This document shows positions 11,656-20,133 of a DNA stretch of 64,000 bases, piece after piece (the first letter of the stretch is position 1; each line of letters opens with the position of its first letter). Position numbers and translations under genes: made by a program. Source of the stretch: an uncultured Planctomycetales bacterium (GTDB lineage Bacteria; Omnitrophota; Gorgyraeia; Zapsychrales; JAHFFX01); the NCBI GenBank assembly GCA_964612665.1, contig CAZTCI010000003.1, forward strand, positions 128,969 to 192,968. The letters are read 5' to 3'. The notes beneath the pieces were generated by a model, which saw nothing but the letters and a program-made list of their open reading frames with translations, was not told the origin of the DNA and did not search any database.

Positions 11656-12453
11656 TTAATTAAAATCAACGCGGCGGGAAAGCAATGATATTCCTTTAAA
11701 AACAAGAAAAGGATCAATGCGGTGAATCTTTTTGCTGATAAATTTTTTCATTATATGACTGTAACCGCCTGTAACGATAATCTGGGCGGAAATTTTCAAA
11801 GATTTTTCGATTAAATCAATCAAGCCGTCAGCCAGAGCTCCATAGCCAAAAAAGATACCACTTAAAATACTATTTTTTGTATCACGGCCGATCAACTCTT
11901 TGGGCGGCATGATACGCACTTTGGGCAGCATTGCGGTTTTTTTGAAAAGCGATTCAGCCGTCAAACGGATTCCCGGAACAATAATGCCGCCTAAATAAAA
12001 TCCTTTGGGTGAAACCACATCAAAAGTAATCGCCGTGCCAAAATCAATGACAATAATTGGACGTCCATACAACTCTTTCGCCGCAAAAGCACAGACCAGA
12101 CGGTCTTGGCCGACTTGCTTGGGATTACGGTAATGATTTCGAATTGGAACGATCACATCTTTTCCGATGACAAGAGGTTTTAAACCGCACTTCTGTAAAA
12201 CAAGGAAGACAACAGCAAGAGCCGTGGGAACAACACTACAAATAATAACTTGGTCAAAGATGAATTCTTTTCGAAGAATACTAAGTGTTTGAAATAATTT
12301 TTGCATTAGGATCTTTTGAGACAAGCCGGTTTCAATCTGACGGGTCAATAAAACGTGATCCTGTTTCAGGACGCCAAGTGAAATCGTAGTATTCCCGATA
12401 TCAACGGCCAGCAAAGTCTTCTTTGATTTTAAGCGTGAAAGTTTCTTATGCAT
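11656..12453 (-). CDS. coaX: Type III pantothenate kinase
   Basis: The N-terminus has LLAVDIGNTTISLGV, the ASKHA fold and Bvg accessory factor family signature. The start overlaps the uvrB stop by 8 nt. Confidence 0.85.
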   Translation of the reverse strand: MHKKLSRLKSKKTLLAVDIGNTTISLGVLKQDHVLLTRQIETGLSQKILMQKLFQTLSILRKEFIFDQVIICSVVPTALAVVFLVLQKCGLKPLVIGKDVIVPIRNHYRNPKQVGQDRLVCAFAAKELYGRPIIVIDFGTAITFDVVSPKGFYLGGIIVPGIRLTAESLFKKTAMLPKVRIMPPKELIGRDTKNSILSGIFFGYGALADGLIDLIEKSLKISAQIIVTGGYSHIMKKFISKKIHRIDPFLVFKGISLLSRRVDFN

Positions 12454-14524
12454 TCAATCCGGATTTTCTTTTCTTGGACGACGAGAAACGCCGGGCGCCC
12501 CCGCGGGCTGGCCGATCCGCTGGCCTCTTAAAATCCGACGAAGACGCCCCCGCAGGGGCGCCTATCTCCTTCATCTCTCTAATCTTATCCCTAATCATCG
12601 CCGCTTTCTCAAATTGCAAATTCCGCGCCGCCACTTCCATCTGCCGTTCCAAATCCGCAAGAAGCGACGACATTGCGTAAGCTTCTTCATCTTGTCCGAC
12701 GATATTCATGACAAACTCCTTGGCCTCAGCAAGTTCTTCAATGCCTTCGCGGATCGCTTTTTCTATAGAACGCGGTGTAATGTTATGCGTTTTATTAAAT
12801 TCAATTTGAATTTTCCGACGGCGTTCGCTCTCATCGATCGTTGCTTTCATAGCTGGCGTTCTTTTATCGGCGTACATGATCACCATGCCGTTAACATTGC
12901 GCGCGGCACGTCCCGCGGTTTGAATCAACGATGTTTGCGACCGTAAAAATCCTTCTTTGTCGGCATCCAAAATAACTACAAGAGAAACTTCTGGCAAATC
13001 CAACCCTTCTCTTAACAGATTCACGCCCACCAGGCAATCGAATTTTTTTAAACGTAATTCTTTTAGAATTTGAGAACGCTCGATGGTTTCAATGTCGGAG
13101 TGAAGATACTTTACTTTGACGCCGCGCTCCTCGAGAAAACTGGTTAAATCTTCGGACATTTTCTTAGTTAAAGTTGTCACAAGGGTACGCTCGCTGCGTT
13201 TGACACGCTCTTGGATTTCGAAAAGAAGGTCTTCAATTTGACCCGTCGTTGGCCTCACTTCAATCGGCGGATCGACAATACCCGTCGGACGGATGATTTG
13301 TTCAACAACATAATTCTTGCTTTCTTTATATTCAAAACCGCCCGGCGTTGCTGAGACATAAATCCGCTGCCCCATAATAGACATGAGTTCGTGAAATTTA
13401 AGCGGCCGGTTATCCAAACACGACGGCAAACGGAATCCGTAGTTGACCAGCATGTCCTTGCGTGAACGATCGCCTTCGTACATGCCGTTTAATTGCGGAA
13501 CGGTGACATGCGATTCATCAATGACAACTAGAAAATCTTTTGGAAAATAATCGAGTAAACAAAACGGCCGGCTGCCCGGCGGGCGGCCGGCTAAAATCCT
13601 CGAATAGTTTTCAATCCCGTGACAAAATCCCATTTCGCGTAACATTTCCATGTCATAACGGGTCCGGGAATTTAAACGCTGGGATTCCAATAATTTTCCC
13701 TGCTTGTTAAGTTCAACGACGCGGGCAACTAATTCCCGTTCTATTTCATTCAACGCTTCTTCCAATCGCGGTTGAGAGACAATAAAATGTTTCGCCGGAT
13801 AAATAGCAATTTTTTCTAAATCCGCTATGACTTCGGCAGAAACCGGATTGATTTGGACAATACTTTCAATGTGATCGTCGTTAAACTGAATGCGAAGCGC
13901 GTCTTGACGATAAGCTGGAAAAACTTCCACAACATCGCCACGAACACGGAATTTGCCGCGGCTAAAATCAACATCGTTACGTTCATATTGAATGCCGACT
14001 AAGCTACGCAAGACTTCATCGCGGTCAACGGTTTGGCCTTTCGCCAAATAAATTAAAAATTCTTTGTAATCTTCCGGTGAGCCGAGATTGTAAATGCAAG
14101 AAACGCTCGCCACGATTAAAACGTCCCGGCGGGACATTAAAGAAGTGGTCGCCGCCAAACGCAAACGGTCCAAGCGGTCGTTGATTGAAGCGTCCTTCTC
14201 TATATAGACGTCGGTTTGAGGCACATAAGCTTCAGGCTGATAATAATCGTAGTAACTGACAAAATATTCAACAGCGTTTTGGGGAAAGAATTCTTTGAAT
14301 TCGCTGTAAAGCTGGGCGGCGAGCGTTTTATTGTGGGAAATTACTAGCGTTGGGCGGTTAATCTTTTCGATGGCGTTGGCTAAGGTAAAAGTCTTGCCGC
14401 TTCCAGTCACGCCAAGCAAAACCTGCGACGAAACACCCTGATTAATATTCTTAACCAGCTGATCGATCGCTTTGTCTTGTTCGATGATGGGTTTGAAGTT
14501 GCTTTTGAGGAGGAATTTTTCCAT
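12446..14524 (-). CDS. uvrB: Excinuclease ABC subunit B
   Basis: The 692-aa product has helicase motifs (GVTGSGKT), a beta-hairpin and a UvrC-binding domain. It also carries an unusual basic Ser/Arg-rich C-terminal tail. Confidence 0.95.
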   Translation of the reverse strand: MEKFLLKSNFKPIIEQDKAIDQLVKNINQGVSSQVLLGVTGSGKTFTLANAIEKINRPTLVISHNKTLAAQLYSEFKEFFPQNAVEYFVSYYDYYQPEAYVPQTDVYIEKDASINDRLDRLRLAATTSLMSRRDVLIVASVSCIYNLGSPEDYKEFLIYLAKGQTVDRDEVLRSLVGIQYERNDVDFSRGKFRVRGDVVEVFPAYRQDALRIQFNDDHIESIVQINPVSAEVIADLEKIAIYPAKHFIVSQPRLEEALNEIERELVARVVELNKQGKLLESQRLNSRTRYDMEMLREMGFCHGIENYSRILAGRPPGSRPFCLLDYFPKDFLVVIDESHVTVPQLNGMYEGDRSRKDMLVNYGFRLPSCLDNRPLKFHELMSIMGQRIYVSATPGGFEYKESKNYVVEQIIRPTGIVDPPIEVRPTTGQIEDLLFEIQERVKRSERTLVTTLTKKMSEDLTSFLEERGVKVKYLHSDIETIERSQILKELRLKKFDCLVGVNLLREGLDLPEVSLVVILDADKEGFLRSQTSLIQTAGRAARNVNGMVIMYADKRTPAMKATIDESERRRKIQIEFNKTHNITPRSIEKAIREGIEELAEAKEFVMNIVGQDEEAYAMSSLLADLERQMEVAARNLQFEKAAMIRDKIREMKEIGAPAGASSSDFKRPADRPARGGARRFSSSKKRKSGLNA

Positions 14525-14542
14525 GATTGGATGAATTTAGCG

Positions 14543-14590
14543 CGTTGGGCCGGCCTGAATTTAAATCACCGGCCGGCCCACAGGCGCTTT
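14543..14590 (-). terminator. GC-rich hairpin between the splB-like gene and uvrB
   Basis: The hairpin gggccggcc-N14-ggccggccc is flanked by agcgc/gcgct. It has no clear U-tract, so it could be a terminator or an attenuator. Confidence 0.3.
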
Positions 14591-14592
14591 AT

Positions 14593-15696
14593 TTAAAAAG
14601 CTCCAACTAACTGTCCTAAACTTACTTTCCGAAATGCTTGGGTTGACAATTGCACCCCATGTTCTTTAATGCCAGCCCGGCGGCAGCCAATGACAAATAA
14701 ATCCGCCAGCTGCTCGGCAAAAACACCTTTCCCTTCCATCCTAGAATTAAAATTGGGGTCATTCAATTTCCCACCGCGCATCGCTCGAATACGATTTAAA
14801 ATTTTGTCCTTACGTTCCGGAAAATGTTGTCCCAGCCATTGTTCAAAAATTTCTTTAACGGCATAAAGCAATCGTACAGGAATATAACCAGCCGACTGCG
14901 CGCCCGCTTCGACAGCCGCTTTGATAATATCCGGCATTTGATGATCAGTCAATCCTGGAATAACCGGGGCCACATTAACCCCGACGGGAATCCCCGCTTG
15001 CGACAATTTTTTAATCGCTTCAAGCCGGCGCCAAGGTGGACACGCTCGTGGTTCCATTAATCGAAACAATTGACCATCCAACGTCGTGACAGAAACACAA
15101 ACGACAACTGCGTGATACTTGGCCAGTTCTTGTAAAACATCAATGTCACGTGTCACCAAAAAGTTTTTCGTAATGATCACAACCGGATTACGGAATTCGG
15201 CCAACACCTCCAAACATTGCCGCGTCAGTTTAAAATAACGCTCCGCCGGCTGATAACAATCCGTGATACCGCTCATACCAATGACCTGCGGCTGCCAATT
15301 TTTCGCGCTTAATTCCTTGCGCAATAAAACCGGCGCGTTTTCTTTAACCATAATTTTTGATTCAAAATCCAATCCCGAAGAAAATCCAAGATATTCATGC
15401 GTCGGGCGGGCATAACAATAGATGCATCCGTGTTCACAGCCGCGGTAAGGATTCACCGACGCGCCCATGCCAACATCAGGACTGTCATTATAAGCAATAA
15501 TACTTTTCGTTTTCTCGCGCAAAAAAATTGTCTTAGGCGAAATGCGTTCATAAGTGTCAACTTCCTCGAGCAACGCGTCTTTCTCAAAATAAATTTGTTC
15601 AAAGCGGTTAATAGGATTATCGGACGCCCCCCGGCCATGAAAAGGCTCGGCGATACCACGGCTTTTAGAAAGCTTATTAAAAGATGGGCTGTTCAT
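14593..15696 (-). CDS. Radical SAM DNA repair photolyase (SplB-like, COG1533 family)
   Basis: A CEHGCIYCY radical-SAM cluster motif is present. The overall layout resembles spore-photoproduct lyase-like proteins, and the gene sits immediately upstream of uvrB. Confidence 0.75.
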   Translation of the reverse strand: MNSPSFNKLSKSRGIAEPFHGRGASDNPINRFEQIYFEKDALLEEVDTYERISPKTIFLREKTKSIIAYNDSPDVGMGASVNPYRGCEHGCIYCYARPTHEYLGFSSGLDFESKIMVKENAPVLLRKELSAKNWQPQVIGMSGITDCYQPAERYFKLTRQCLEVLAEFRNPVVIITKNFLVTRDIDVLQELAKYHAVVVCVSVTTLDGQLFRLMEPRACPPWRRLEAIKKLSQAGIPVGVNVAPVIPGLTDHQMPDIIKAAVEAGAQSAGYIPVRLLYAVKEIFEQWLGQHFPERKDKILNRIRAMRGGKLNDPNFNSRMEGKGVFAEQLADLFVIGCRRAGIKEHGVQLSTQAFRKVSLGQLVGAF

Positions 15697-15751
15697 AAGT
15701 CCGATTTAAAATAAATTTAATGTTGAGCCAAAACGAGGATTTGTTTTGGCC

Positions 15752-16351
15752 TTAATTGCCTAACGCGGTGGCGATTTGATCTAACAAACGGTTGGCGTAA
15801 TGGTCGTTACGGTAGCCGCGTAATTGTTTCAAAGGCAACGCGGTGATCACGCCGTAACGGATTTCTACTTCAGTGGCGTTTTGTAACGAACGGACATAAA
15901 CATTAAGCTGAGTGTAACGCGAATACAAAAACATGGAAGTTTCTTTAAGTTCAGTCAAGATGATCGTCTGTTTGGAGGCAGGATGTCGTTCACTTTGAAC
16001 CTCTTCATACACCGATGGGTCGGTCGTTTTGGCAATTTTCCAATTATTGTTTTTTAAAACTTTTTTTACAACTCTAAGAGTTTGATCATAACTGGCATAG
16101 TATTCACGTGTGTAAGGATTTTTGTCTTGAAGATACTGGGACATTGGAGTGCTGACGCAGCTACTTAACGATAGAAGAACTGGAATATATAGAATTCTCC
16201 GTCGCCAAGCTAAACTCCAAATCCTAAATACCAAATTACAAATAATTATCAAATTCCAATAACCAAAATTCCAAACCGCTGAATTCTTCGAAAAATTTGA
16301 TAATTGAAATTTGTTTGCGATTTGGGATTTGAGATTTGAAAATTGATTCAT
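15752..16351 (-). CDS. Hypothetical lipoprotein; the start is uncertain
   Basis: A signal peptide RRRILYIPVLLSLSSC carries a lipobox. The annotated N-terminal ~45 aa are the translation of the repeat element at 16200-16350. Confidence 0.4.
   Translation of the reverse strand: MNQFSNLKSQIANKFQLSNFSKNSAVWNFGYWNLIIICNLVFRIWSLAWRRRILYIPVLLSLSSCVSTPMSQYLQDKNPYTREYYASYDQTLRVVKKVLKNNNWKIAKTTDPSVYEEVQSERHPASKQTIILTELKETSMFLYSRYTQLNVYVRSLQNATEVEIRYGVITALPLKQLRGYRNDHYANRLLDQIATALGN
16200..16350. repeat. CAAAT/ATTTG-rich imperfect palindromic intergenic element, copy B
   Basis: One half reads ccaaattacaaataattatcaaattccaataaccaaaattccaaacc. The other reads aaaaatttgataattgaaatttgtttgcgatttgggatttgagatttg. 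It is similar to copy A. Confidence 0.5.
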
Positions 16352-16369
16352 CGTTTTTACGTCGAGTTT

Positions 16370-16684
16370 TTAACAAATCTTCCCATGTTTATACGGCCGT
16401 TGCTTATTGCGCAGAGCCTTCTTTTCAATCTCGGAAGCAATATCAATATTCAATCCGCCGCACAAATCAAATAAACGAATAAAAGTATCGGCCAGCTCTT
16501 CTTTAAAGTTGGCCTGATCTTGAACGCGGTGCGCCTCCATAGCCTCGGCGAGTTCTGTGACAATTAACATTAAAGCCTCGCCAATATTCCGCTGTTCATC
16601 CCAAAATCCCTTTTCTTTAGCGGTTTGGTGACATAACTCAGTTAACTCTTGAAGATTTTTTTCTTTAATATTGATCGTTTCCAT
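16370..16684 (-). CDS. MazG-like nucleotide pyrophosphohydrolase
   Basis: The 104-aa product has the EALMLIVTELAEAMEAHR and EELADTFIRLFDL helices, matching the MazG EExxE pattern. Confidence 0.7.
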   Translation of the reverse strand: METINIKEKNLQELTELCHQTAKEKGFWDEQRNIGEALMLIVTELAEAMEAHRVQDQANFKEELADTFIRLFDLCGGLNIDIASEIEKKALRNKQRPYKHGKIC

Positions 16685-16686
16685 AG

Positions 16687-17370
16687 TTAATTTTTGGAAC
16701 GGAATTGTCCCATATCCTCCGGTAAAGGTGAGTTGATGTTGATTTGTCTTTTAATAATGGGATGAATAAATTGAAGGTTAAGTGCATGCAAAGCGGTGCG
16801 GCGGAACTTTAAATCATAATCACGTCCAAAAGCATATTTGCGTTCTCCGACTAATGGATGTCCCATTTCACTAAACTGAATTCTAATTTGATTTGTACGG
16901 CCAGTCAAGGGAGTGACCTCCACTACACAAAATTTTTTCTTAACTTCAAGGACTTTGTAACGCGTAATACTTAATTTAGGAGCTGATTTCTTATGAAACC
17001 TCTTTTCATCGAAATCTTTAATGACACTTTTAATTTCACCGGCCATGTGCCGCAATCGGCCATGCACGAAGGTGATGTAGGTTTTTTTAATTTTTTGATA
17101 TTTAAAAAGATCCATCATGACCTGCTGATTCCTCTTACCCTTAGCAAAAAGGATAACACCGGAGGTGTCGCGGTCTAAACGATGGCAGGGATGCAGTCCA
17201 TATTCAGGTTGACCATAACTATGATTGACAAGTGTTTGCAGAGTGTGTTTTTCTTTTTTCGGGGTGGGAATAACCAAAAGTCCAGCGGGTTTATTAAAGG
17301 CCATGAGGTGGTCGTCTTCATACAAAACCGGAATCGCCGCGGCGGCGCCGGTTATGCGGTTATCATTCAT
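16687..17370 (-). CDS. RluA-family pseudouridine synthase
   Basis: The catalytic motif HRLDRDTSGVILFAKG is present. Confidence 0.85.
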   Translation of the reverse strand: MNDNRITGAAAAIPVLYEDDHLMAFNKPAGLLVIPTPKKEKHTLQTLVNHSYGQPEYGLHPCHRLDRDTSGVILFAKGKRNQQVMMDLFKYQKIKKTYITFVHGRLRHMAGEIKSVIKDFDEKRFHKKSAPKLSITRYKVLEVKKKFCVVEVTPLTGRTNQIRIQFSEMGHPLVGERKYAFGRDYDLKFRRTALHALNLQFIHPIIKRQININSPLPEDMGQFRSKN

Positions 17371-17373
17371 GTA

Positions 17374-17538
17374 TTAAGATTCTTCTTCCTGCGTCGGCAA
17401 GTAGGCTTCCAAAAGAGTTGTCAGATTGTTGAGCTTGCGAATGACCAACAAAGGAAAAATCACGAACAGCCACACCTGAAGTGTCAGGGCTATGTATGTT
17501 TGTATCGGTGCATAAGCCAAACTGCTCATCGGATCCAT
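17374..17538 (-). CDS. Small hydrophobic protein of 54 aa
   Basis: My translation gives MDPMSSLAYAPIQTYIALTLQVWLFVIFPLLVIRKLNNLTTLLEAYLPTQEEES. It is preceded by a strong Shine-Dalgarno, TAAGGAGG, and its stop is 4 nt from the rluA start. The ORF is absent from the supplied track because it is under 60 aa. Confidence 0.4.
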   Translation of the reverse strand: MDPMSSLAYAPIQTYIALTLQVWLFVIFPLLVIRKLNNLTTLLEAYLPTQEEES

Positions 17539-17563
17539 GTGGACCTCCTTACAACCTTAAGTA

Positions 17564-17947
17564 TCAGCTTTTAGCTTTAGCTACTTTTCTTTGTTCAAGA
17601 ACTGAAAGGATATAAGCGTTTAAACTATCTACATCACGCTGCTGAATGTCGTTAAAAAAGATGGCAACATTGAAATAAGGTTCGCCCGGTACTGACTCTG
17701 AGCGAACAATCACCCCTTGGCAGGAAATTTTCTTAGTGGTGACTTTATTGTACTTTTTAATGGGTAAAAGCAGATGAATTTTAAGCTTCGACATCGGTTC
17801 CAAGTATTTATTGACCCTGCAATAAGCCCCGCTGCAGCTTAAGTTTTGGGTCTCGGTCACCAAATCAAACTCATCACTGCAAATTTTAAGCGGAATATTG
17901 CCTTCTAAACGCGGATGACGACGACGTTCGGGAGTAGGATTAGCCAC
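17564..17947 (-). CDS. PilZ domain protein (c-di-GMP receptor)
   Basis: The RRHPRL and (D)LSCSGAY motifs match the PilZ RxxxR and DxSxxG signatures. Confidence 0.7.
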   Translation of the reverse strand: MANPTPERRRHPRLEGNIPLKICSDEFDLVTETQNLSCSGAYCRVNKYLEPMSKLKIHLLLPIKKYNKVTTKKISCQGVIVRSESVPGEPYFNVAIFFNDIQQRDVDSLNAYILSVLEQRKVAKAKS

Positions 17948-18131
17948 CTTTATCCTCTTTCTTAGCTGCTTTGCCTTTACCTTTAAAGCAATTGTTATTG
18001 CAATAATATTTGCCGTTACGATAATAACGCCGGGCTCTTTTAATGGGTTTGCCGCAGCCGGCGCAACTTTTTACTTCTTCAAGTACTGCTTCTTTTTTTT
18101 CATCTGCCATGTTACTTAAAACTCCTTTCAA
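17940..18131 (-). CDS. Small zinc-ribbon protein with a Lys-rich tail
   Basis: The sequence contains CAGCGK...CNNNC. It is translationally coupled to the downstream PilZ gene by an 8-nt overlap. Confidence 0.45.
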   Translation of the reverse strand: MKGVLSNMADEKKEAVLEEVKSCAGCGKPIKRARRYYRNGKYYCNNNCFKGKGKAAKKEDKGG

Positions 18132-18157
18132 ACTACCGTGTCTGTGATGTTAATGTT

Positions 18158-18529
18158 TTATGCTGTTTGAGTGGTAACGTATTCATAGATTTCTTGTTGG
18201 GCGTGAACGTAAGAATCGGTGGGAGAAAATTGAATACCTAGTTGATAGCGGTCCGAATAAGGGGTCATCGCGATCCAAACGACTTTTCCCATGACATCAA
18301 TAATTCTGGCGCCAGGCTTGGTGCCCAGACGTAATTTAAAGGATATATCCTTATTGATAGGAACGAAATCCTCAAAATGGATTTTCAAACCGCCTTCACT
18401 TATATCTTGTGCCAGACAGCCGCCGAAACCATGCCGTGCTTCTAAGGAAAACTGCACAGCTTCACGAAACGAAATCCGCTGGAATCGGCGTCTTTCTTCT
18501 CTAACTTTAACATCTTGGGGAAAAACCAT
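18158..18529 (-). CDS. PilZ domain protein (c-di-GMP receptor)
   Basis: The RRRFQR and DISEGG motifs are present. Confidence 0.7.
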   Translation of the reverse strand: MVFPQDVKVREERRRFQRISFREAVQFSLEARHGFGGCLAQDISEGGLKIHFEDFVPINKDISFKLRLGTKPGARIIDVMGKVVWIAMTPYSDRYQLGIQFSPTDSYVHAQQEIYEYVTTQTA

Positions 18530-18572
18530 GGGAGCCTTTTTTAGAAAAATTAGAGGTGTTGAAAAACGGTGT

Positions 18573-18622
18573 GATTATAGCATAAGAATTTTGCTTAACA
18601 AATATTTTCTTATGCTATAATC
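18573..18622. promoter_or_regulatory. 16-bp perfect inverted repeat in the divergent PilZ / gspA control region
   Basis: The arms are GATTATAGCATAAGAA and TTCTTATGCTATAATC with an 18-nt spacer. Each arm contains a TATAAT-like -10 element facing the divergent genes. Confidence 0.4.
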
Positions 18623-18628
18623 CGCCTA

Positions 18629-19432
18629 ATGTATCAACAATTCTATCAACTTAAAAAAAATCCTTTCAATATTACGGCTGATCCTGAGTTCTTTTTTTCA
18701 AGCAGCCGTCATACCGAAGCTTTTAATCATCTAATGTACGGTATCAAAGAACGTAAAGGGATTATAGTCTTGACGGGCGAAATTGGAACCGGAAAAACCA
18801 CCGTTTGCCGGACGATTTTAAACAGCTTGGATGAAACCGCCACCAAAACCGCCTTTATCATGAATCCAAATCTATCCGAAAGCCAATTATTGCAAATGAT
18901 TTTAAAAGATTTAGGCTTAACCACCAAAAATTCTAATAAATTCTTGCTCATTAATATTCTCAATGAATTTCTCCTGGAACAAAGCAGTCTAGGCAACAAT
19001 GTGGTCATCATTATTGATGAAGCCCAAAATCTCAGGGTCTCTCAGCTTGAATATGTACGCCTCCTCTCCAATTTGGAAACAGAAAAAGATAAATTACTCC
19101 AAATCATTCTCGTTGGGCAACCCGAACTTTTTGATAAGCTTAAACTTTCAGAATTACGCCAGCTTAACCAACGTGTTTCCGTCCGGTTCCATATGTTGCC
19201 TTTAGAACAAGCTGAAGTACGGGATTATATTTTTCACCGGCTGCGCGTCGCTAATGCTCATCTTCAGTTGCACTTTACACCAGACGCAATTGAAGCCATT
19301 TATAACCATTCACATGGGACACCAAGGCTCATCAATATTATCTGTGACCGGGCCCTTTTGGCTGGCTACACTGAGGAAACTTTTATTATTAATGATAAAA
19401 TTATTGATCGTTGCGCCAGGGAGGTAAGATAA
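18629..19432 (+). CDS. ExeA/GspA-like AAA ATPase (secretin assembly / MshM family)
   Basis: A Walker A motif, GEIGTGKTT, is present. The family signatures are IIIDEAQNL and ...TPRLINIICDRAL. Confidence 0.75.
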   Translation: MYQQFYQLKKNPFNITADPEFFFSSSRHTEAFNHLMYGIKERKGIIVLTGEIGTGKTTVCRTILNSLDETATKTAFIMNPNLSESQLLQMILKDLGLTTKNSNKFLLINILNEFLLEQSSLGNNVVIIIDEAQNLRVSQLEYVRLLSNLETEKDKLLQIILVGQPELFDKLKLSELRQLNQRVSVRFHMLPLEQAEVRDYIFHRLRVANAHLQLHFTPDAIEAIYNHSHGTPRLINIICDRALLAGYTEETFIINDKIIDRCAREVR

Positions 19433-20121
19433 CGATGAGTATCATCAATGATGCTTTAAAAAAGACTCAGGAAAAGTTAAAACAAGCGGCTGACGGAACA
19501 AACTCTACCGCTCCAACACAACCTGTTAAAAAAACATTAGCGACCATTGAACAAGAAGAAAAAGATAGACAACAGCGCGAAGCACATCAAAAGCCAGCCG
19601 CGCCGTCAGCTTCTCAAACGGCAGCTAAACCCGCCTCCTCATTTTCTAAAGCAACTCTTCTGCTATTCGTTCTGCTGATCTGTGCCGGCATTCTTGCTTA
19701 TATCTGTTATCCTCAATACAAATCTAAAATTCCAAATATTAAAAGAATGTTTGCTAAGTTTTTCCATCATCAGAACTCGGGCCTTTCGTCAATTCAGTTA
19801 GAAACGAAAAAGCAACTCCCCAAAATTGTTTCTTTATCAGCCAGTAAACCAGCAATTGGACAGGTGTCGATGAGTCAATCGCCCACTTCTGTCCAAACAA
19901 CGCTGCCCACCGCATCGAATAATTCTACTCAAACCACAAAAATTCCTGGACTTGTCCTAAAAGGCATCTTAAAACAAGACAACAAAAACACCGCGCTTAT
20001 CAATGATTCTGTTTATGAAGAAGGTTCAACAGTTTTGGAAAGAAAAATTTTGAAAATCGAATCAGACCGGGTGGAATTATCCGACAATGGAAAAGTAGAA
20101 ATTCTTACGATTAATCCCTGA
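19411..20121 (+). CDS. GspB/ExeB-like single-pass membrane protein; putative, with the real start likely MSIINDAL near 19435
   Basis: It lies immediately downstream of the ExeA-like gene. It has one TM helix and a Thr/Ser/Gln-rich linker. The conserved C-terminal region reads LVLKGILKQDNKNTALINDSVYEEG...VELSDNGKVEIL. Confidence 0.4.
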   Translation: MRQGGKITMSIINDALKKTQEKLKQAADGTNSTAPTQPVKKTLATIEQEEKDRQQREAHQKPAAPSASQTAAKPASSFSKATLLLFVLLICAGILAYICYPQYKSKIPNIKRMFAKFFHHQNSGLSSIQLETKKQLPKIVSLSASKPAIGQVSMSQSPTSVQTTLPTASNNSTQTTKIPGLVLKGILKQDNKNTALINDSVYEEGSTVLERKILKIESDRVELSDNGKVEILTINP

Positions 20122-20133
20122 TGCTCATTAAAT

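Noticed and set aside
17182-17574. Plus-strand 130-aa ORF spanning the rluA start and the small-ORF region
   Set aside because: It is antisense to rluA and to the 54-aa ORF, which has a perfect Shine-Dalgarno. The minus-strand reading is far better supported.
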